A stretch of DNA of 64,000 nucleotides from NCBI GenBank assembly GCA_964187785.1, contig OZ076409.1, positions 86,864,001 through 86,928,000 of the forward strand, read 5' to 3'. The notes below the pieces were generated by a model that made no database searches, had not been told where the DNA came from, and saw nothing but the letters and a program-made list of their open reading frames with translations. The position numbers and the translations under genes were made by a program. This stretch comes from Amphiscolops sp. MND2022 (Eukaryota). Positions 63,205 to 64,000 of the stretch are shown here, piece after piece. Each line of letters begins with the position of its first letter. Positions within the stretch are counted from its first letter, which is position 1.

Positions 63205-64000
63205 ATGGATGACTTCACAGATTTCGGGACTGACTATGGGCAGAGAGAACCTCTGACTCGTCGTATCAGGAACTTACTGAAGGATTACCCGGATGGGTTG
63301 CCTGTTCCAAAAGAACTCATTCAAAATGCAGACGACGCCCAAGCTTCGGAGTGTTGTCTCCTTCTAGACTTGAGACAACACAGTACCGATAACTTGATCA
63401 ATGCCAAAATCAAAGGTTTTCAAGGGCCCGCTATGGTGTTCTGGAACAACCAAACTTTCTCCCCGGCAGACTTCCAGAACTTGTGTGAGTTTGGCGGTGA
63501 AACTAAACTGGAAGACCGCAAAAAGGTTGGCAAGTTTGGACTCGGTTTCAACTCCGTGTACAACTTGACAGACTTGCCCCAGTTCGTGAGTGGAGAGCAT
63601 TTTTGTGTTTTGGATCCTCATGAAAAATATTTCAATGGAAAAAGAGGGAAAATGTTCAAATTGAATGAAAGCATCCCAGAGTCAACGCAATCTGTAGCAG
63701 AAAAAATTGAAGGACAATTGAAGCCTTTCGATAATCTTTTTGGGTTCCTAACAGAACGAGCGTCAAGAGGTTTGAAGTACGAAGGAACAATCTTCAGATT
63801 TCCATTGAGAACTGAGGAGAACGCCTCTGTGAGTGACATATGCAAGAACCCATATACAACTGAAGAAGCATTAATGTTGATTGAAATGACAAAAGAACAT
63901 GCAAACTTGTTTCTTCTTTTCTGTCAATTTGTGAACAAATTCCGACTTGCTGTGTGGTACGAAGGTGAAACACAGTTTCAATCCTTGTCCATGTACGAGA
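63205..64000 (+). CDS. Sacsin-like protein (SRR/SIRPT sr1 GHKL ATPase domain), partial, runs off right edge
   Basis: Open frame of 265 codons absent from the ORF track: YGQREPLTRRIRNLLKDYP..KELIQNADDA..FQGPAMVFWNNQTFS..KVGKFGLGFNSVYNLTDLPQFVSG..LDPH..GTIFRFPLRT. An acceptor (tgtttcag) ends at 63190 and the frame is open from there, so upstream coding exons are possible. Confidence 0.92.
   Translation, partial: MDDFTDFGTDYGQREPLTRRIRNLLKDYPDGLPVPKELIQNADDAQASECCLLLDLRQHSTDNLINAKIKGFQGPAMVFWNNQTFSPADFQNLCEFGGETKLEDRKKVGKFGLGFNSVYNLTDLPQFVSGEHFCVLDPHEKYFNGKRGKMFKLNESIPESTQSVAEKIEGQLKPFDNLFGFLTERASRGLKYEGTIFRFPLRTEENASVSDICKNPYTTEEALMLIEMTKEHANLFLLFCQFVNKFRLAVWYEGETQFQSLSMYE

Overview
Eukaryotic (invertebrate metazoan) genomic DNA: AT-rich, GT-AG introns, dense in transposons, with one 200-N scaffold gap (60998-61197). 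I assembled four host genes by hand from splice sites and reading phase. (1) A 17-exon coiled-coil gene resembling CCDC175 (- strand, ATG 16406, runs off the left edge). (2) A 7-exon PPP1R42/LRRC67 orthologue (+, 16920-22494), head-to-head with it across 513 bp. (3) A 2-exon universal stress protein (-, 28670-23871). (4) The start of a sacsin-like GHKL-ATPase gene (+, 63205 to the right edge), which the ORF track missed. Mobile DNA includes a near-intact full-length CR1/L2-group LINE (ORF1 plus APE-RT, broken only by three -1 indels), two truncated LINE relatives, an abundant Helentron-type (HINE/DINE-1-like) family with a covarying 3' hairpin, hAT elements with perfect 8-bp TSDs, several MITEs, a tRNA-derived SINE, a BEL/Pao integrase relic and Gypsy-like LTR relics whose gag appears to start inside the LTR. 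The most unusual structures are two abutting spacer-less palindromes (208 + 140 bp) at 50261-50608, the AUG-less -1-frame LINE ORF2, a structured 5'-UTR module shared by the LINE and two orphan copies, and inverted HINEs bracketing one host exon. I cannot show a wholly new biological system from sequence alone; all family assignments rest on motif recognition, not database searches.
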